A stretch of 64,000 nucleotides of DNA from the NCBI RefSeq assembly GCF_006345805.1, contig NC_043007.1, positions 29,574,001 to 29,638,000 of the forward strand, read 5' to 3'. Numbering within the stretch: the first letter of the stretch is position 1; each line of letters begins with the position of its first letter. Of this stretch, positions 58,745 through 64,000 are shown one piece after another. The DNA comes from Octopus sinensis. Its lineage: Eukaryota. The translations under genes were made by a program, and so were the position numbers. Under the pieces are notes generated by a model. The model saw only the letters and a program-made list of their open reading frames with translations. It made no database searches and was not told the DNA's origin.

Positions 58745-59175
58745 ACAGTTGGTCATAAATAAACATCCTGTTCTCGTCTTTCACCTTCTTATTGTAACAC
58801 TCATTCCTTTGTCCGACGATCCTTCTAAGAGATCCTTCTAACGCTCTCCTACTGATTATATTCTCTTCAAATTTCCATGCTCGCCATTCATAAATGCCTA
58901 TTGACCAAATGCGTTTCTGCACTGGCCTCTGTTGTTGACTTAGCGAGGACATTGTGGAAGGAGCGAAAGCTCATCTGTTACGGCCATATTCGCAGAAGCA
59001 GAGGTCTGGAAAACCATTGTCATGGAAGGAAGAGTAGAAAGCAGTAAATCGTGGAGGCGGGTAAAGAACACAATGGGCGGGAAATGGCATGAGCTGGCTG
59101 GACAGGTGTGGCACGGCTCGCGCTTCACCGGAAATGCTTCTGTTGCAGTGACGTCAATGCGCTGCAGGCGCACGT
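58745..59175. pseudogene. RTE-like LINE 3' remnant with internal inversion
   Basis: Minus 58750-58940 gives IWSIGIYEWRAW...LRRIVG...KVKDE. Plus 58945-59170 gives KERKLICYGHIRR..KTIVMEGRVE and ends in tgacatgacgacgacgacga (trinucleotide tail). Confidence 0.6.
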
Positions 59176-60289
59176 GACATGACGACGACGACGAACTAAA
59201 CTGATAAAAGAATGGCTGTTAATTATTCCATCGTTGAAAGAAATCAAAGTGGAATGGAATATGTTTCAGAAGATTTCGATGGTCTCCAGATTTATAAAAT
59301 CAGGAATTCGAACTACAAATAAACGAAATTGTTTCTGTTGTGATGCCACTGTATTCTTGCAGCTCGGATTATTTCAATTCTAGACTGATAATTCCTTGAT
59401 ATCCAAATTTAATGCTCTACCAATTTCGGAATTTTATATATTCTATGTAGATATTAGAAAAACTATCCATTTATCAGGAATCAACCATTGAAATTGCATC
59501 ATTCTTTTCTATTAACGAGTGAACATTTTTTCCCCGTCATGAAATTTTGTCAACATTCATTTGTCTGCGAGACACACAGATAATATTGCAAACCAAGAAA
59601 TGCCACATTAACAATCTCATCTCAGATCATTCCAAAGCTAAGTAGAGCCAGCCTTCTCATTAAGATGCAACACAACAAATTTCATTAAATAAAAACATTA
59701 CACTCTGGGGCGTCTTTGCTGCTTCAGTATTTAAAGTATTATTTCTAACTTCATAATTAATGCACGATAACATTTGAAATTAATGTTTCATGGCGTGACC
59801 TCATGCATAATAATGATTTCGTAGATTAATGATTCATTAATTCTCGCAGCACAGCTGCACCCACTCACGTCCTTATGTCCTTGCACTTTGCCCCAAGTAA
59901 CGTTCCACATCGTTGCACCACAGAGCCTGCCGATCAGCTAGAAATAACAGCCAAACCTTCCTGTCTTGAAATAAATAATAAACATGAGATAATATTGTCC
60001 AAGAATCACCATAATTGAAAAAAAATCGGAATGATGAGTTCTGAATATCTTGAATCAAGATTTTTGTTACTAAACAACAACTCCAAGAAGTTCTGGTTCC
60101 TGGACATCGTTTGTGAATGGTCAGTTGAAACAGTTGGCGCCTCTCACTTGCAGTATATTATTTAAATTTTCAGGTGCTATTAAAACGAATGAAAACGAAT
60201 AGTCACAAAAGCCACTTGCAGTTACAGGGTGGCCAATACAGCACGGTTTAACGGCTGATGTACATGTGGTATTGATTTTGGGTTTTTAC

Positions 60290-60450
60290 ATCCTGAGTTC
60301 AAATTTCATGAAAGTTAAGTTTGTACTGTATCTTTCCTGCTCTTTACGTTCTGGGTTCAAATTCTGCAGAGGTCGACTTTGCTTTTCATCCTTTCGGGTC
60401 GATGGAGCAAGTACCAGTTGAACACAGGGTTCGGTGCCATCGATTTGCAT
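60290..60450 (+). mobile_element. SINE family A partial copy
   Basis: gttctgggttcaaattctgcagaggtcgactttgcttttcatcctttcgggtcgat. Confidence 0.75.
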
Positions 60451-61089
60451 CCTGTCTTGAAATTACTCTACCTACATTTGAAACGATGGAAGTAACCCAG
60501 AAATCCAAGGGGATGGATTGGCGTGATTCGTGAGATTATGCGACACGAAAACCTTGTGACATTGTTCCCAGCTTTTTTATATTCTGAGTTGCCAAGCAGT
60601 ATCTGTCCTCACCTTTCTGTTTGGGCAACATCGGGCGTGGGAAGTGGATGTTTAATACATAAGCATGCTGGTCATTCGCTAGAACTTAGTATTGAAAGAA
60701 AATACAGTCACACAATTGGTTTAGTCATTGCACTAACGGCCAACAGTAGGTTATACATTCAAAAACGGTCTGTCCAATCTACTTGAGCTTTTAGTAATCA
60801 CGTGTTTGTAAGTAGTGCCAGTTAAAGAAGTGAAAGAAGCTACTCAGTCGCTGATGAAGTCTCAACTCAGGAATGAGCTCTTTTGTTTTTATCATTATTT
60901 TTTGTCTGCGAAGAAATTTAAATGCAGAAAAAGTGTTTATGTCTTTTTATACATGGCTTTGGTTAAAATATATACAGAAATTACTTGGCTCAATAAAGCG
61001 CATGCACAATCGCATACATACAATAAGGTACCGAGTAATATATCTATGGATTTTATAAAAACAAATTTTTTCTCTCTATTTATATATGC

Positions 61090-61445
61090 AGGACTCAAAA
61101 GAAATTTAAAGAAGAATGTTGCGATCAACGAGAAGGTGGATCTCAGCGACCTTTTTCTGTGCAAAGTTTGTGACAGACCCTGCCTTTCTTTTGCTGGGCT
61201 CAAATTTCATTTGCGGACCCATGTAAAATGAACTCCCTCCAACTACTCTGCTTATATATCTGTGAACACGTATCAATGCCGTGTATGCCATAAGGTCAAC
61301 AAATCTAAAAAGTGTCCTCAAAAGACATTTTAAGATCCACAAGGATCAGAAGTTCACTGCAGCTCTTGGTGGTCCAAAGCAAATATGCAATCAACGTGGG
61401 TATCCTTTTAAAACATTGTCTGGTTTAAAAAGTGACATGGACGCC
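61090..61445 (+). pseudogene. Decayed three-finger C2H2 zinc-finger remnant (probably a LINE ORF2 tail)
   Basis: FLCKVCDRPCLSFAGLKFHLRTH, then a stop, then YQCRVCHKVNKSK/SVLKRHFKIH across a 1-nt frameshift, then a degenerate ICNQRGYPFKTLSGLKS. Confidence 0.7.
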
Positions 61446-61565
61446 ATGATACACATGAGATGCAAGTACAAGCGGTGGTCAGACTCTGCGTAAAGCGCAG
61501 ACAACCACCGTCTATACATACATACATACATATATGTCTATACACACACACACACACACACATAT

Positions 61566-61614
<49 letters not shown>

Positions 61615-61714
61615 CATATATACATGCACATACAATTATACATACGTATGTCTCTATCTATCTATCTATCTATTTATCTCTCTCCCTCTCTCTCGCTATA
61701 TATATATATGTGTG

Positions 61715-61745
<31 letters not shown>

Positions 61746-62228
61746 CGTGTGTGTGTGTGTGTGCGTGTGTGTGTTTATATATCATTAGTCTCAAAAGAGT
61801 CAATCCTTCAATGAAAAATTACTCGCTTTTTCCCCTTACAATATCAAATATATTATCGTAAGTTGACAGAGTCTGTCAGCTTCTCCTGCAAAACTTCGAA
61901 ACCTCTGTCCATCTTTTCCTAAACACACACACACACACACACACGCACATTTATATACATCTGTATTTGTGTATCTCTTTCTCTCTCTCATTTTAAATAT
62001 ATATACATATATATATAATATTATCCACAGTGTAACACATTATATAAAAGTCTATCCATTTAACACAATTATCTATAATTCTATATTAATCTTTCGTTTA
62101 TGTTTCCTTCAGACGTCTCCGGCGTGTTTGCTCAGTTGTTACACATTAGTATTTTGGGGCGAAACTTTGTAAACAACCGTCTGTGTGTGTGTTTATGTGG
62201 TGGCGTGTGTAAGTACGGGTATGATATT

Positions 62229-62307
<79 letters not shown>

Positions 62308-63309
62308 GTATATATGTGTATATTCAGAAAATAAACAAATATATTTCGGTGGAGACACTAATGAAATTAATACCTAAACGGTTATATAAACATCGTTGAA
62401 TCCCGTAAGAATTAATTAATTAGTGCTTCTCCAATTAAGATAAATAATGTTTTTATTCGCGAGAAATTTAAATCGACAACTGTGTATATAAGGATTTTGG
62501 TACACATCAATATTACTTGATATTTCAAAGGTTTTTTTTCGCATCTTCCCGTCTTAATTGCTCTGTATTGTAAACAATGTATAAATACATTAGCATACAA
62601 TTTACCCACCACAAACAAACTAAAAACTAATGAACTGGGGACAGAAATATTATTTGGTACATCCCCACCATCCAGGGACACGTTATACACTGTATCACCA
62701 AAGAATTGTTTTTTTCTGAAGCGCCAAAGACTTCCTGAAGACAACATAATAATGAGTCAGCAACCGCAATATTTAATCGAATTATTTCACAATCATTTCT
62801 CAAAGAAAAAAGTTATATCTTACCCTAACCAGGATATCCGCAATAACAACTCAGGAGAAGACAACTGTTGTTGATGAAACATTGAGTCATGCTCTTGAAT
62901 AAGCTGTGCATGAGTAATTGCATCATAGATCGAACTATTACAAGGGAAATTATGACAATACTCTGCTGTACGCAGTGTTGTCGTAATGCCATGCGTAGCA
63001 ACAAAAAGCTAATTTAAGAGTTGCTTATACGAGCATATAAACTCTTTCAAGTCTTGCCATAAAGCAAACGCTACGTTTCTTGCTACACGCTAAGAGAAAG
63101 AATAAATAAGATGCATTGTTTATCGTGGCCATTATACTGTCTGCTTTGGTCATTGATTGACCTGTCTTGTTTTGAGAAGGTCTATCTCAATAGACCTTCT
63201 TACTGGTTAAAAAGAGATAAACGACCCTCAGTTAAACATCCTGTAATGCTATATTGCCTGAAGAAATGAACACATGAATGTGATAAACCCGATGCCCATG
63301 GATACTACG

Positions 63310-63590
63310 GACTACACTGTAATCATCTCAGGAACACGGACTGTGATCATGAGAGACATGAAACTTGTGGAAACGCGCTTAGCGATGCATTAAAATATTT
63401 ATAAATTCCCCCCAAGGATTATTGATATTATTACTATATTTATCCTACATTATATCGCTCCAACTCGGCGAAACCCCACAAAACTGGTTCACCGGTCATC
63501 ATCATTAGAGTGTTGCCGGCATAATGGAATAGCAGCTTTATTTGTATATTCTAACCGTTTGCCGTAAACAAATTTAAAACATATATATAT
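63310..63590. repeat. Dispersed repeat, related to 1300-1600
   Basis: See 1300-1600. Confidence 0.7.
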
Positions 63591-63596
63591 GTATAC

Positions 63597-63673
<77 letters not shown>

Positions 63674-64000
63674 CTGGCCAAAATAAGTTTAAGACTGATG
63701 ACGAGAGTTCTATTCCTTCATTAATTTATTTCTAACAAAACTATATGTAATTATCTTTTTACTTTTTACAATTTATGTAGAATTTTTTTCTCTTTCGAAT
63801 GATATAGGTGTTATATATATAGTCCAACAATTTGAATAATTTCAGTGCGCAATTAATTGAAATGATTGAAAATTGTTGGCAAAATGATTGTAAGACCGTT
63901 CCAACATTATTTTGTTCAAACTGAAAATTTACGGCACAAATAATCAACGAACTAAAATTTATTATTAGTAACTCGTTCCACAGCCATCAATTACGGCCTT

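Overview
Eukaryotic, AT-rich and extremely microsatellite-dense non-genic DNA. It is most consistent with an octopus (coleoid cephalopod) intron or intergenic region, an inference from the recurring tRNA-type SINE families and repeat load. No host protein-coding exon could be supported, and almost all ORFs in the track are translated microsatellites. The window is a patchwork of SINEs, decayed LINEs (RLE-type, CR1-like, RTE-like), Tc1/mariner remnants and Penelope-like element (PLE) sequence, including a 5'-truncated PLE with an open RT + GIY-YIG frame (6804-8047, minus). The most notable structure is a 2.75-kb array at 34981-37727. It consists of ~485-490 bp non-coding units, each carrying a complete type I hammerhead ribozyme (HHR) core: five on plus, and one on minus in an inverted leading unit. 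The array is inserted in (TA)n and resembles a non-LTR retrozyme or non-autonomous PLE that could yield self-cleaved ~0.49-kb monomers or circRNAs. Four other, sequence-unrelated elements (179-378, 6127-8379, 8401-9580, 53298-54622) share the same design: inverted arms, HHR motifs reading outward, and TA-repeat flanks. All analysis is by eye; coordinates of decayed elements are approximate.
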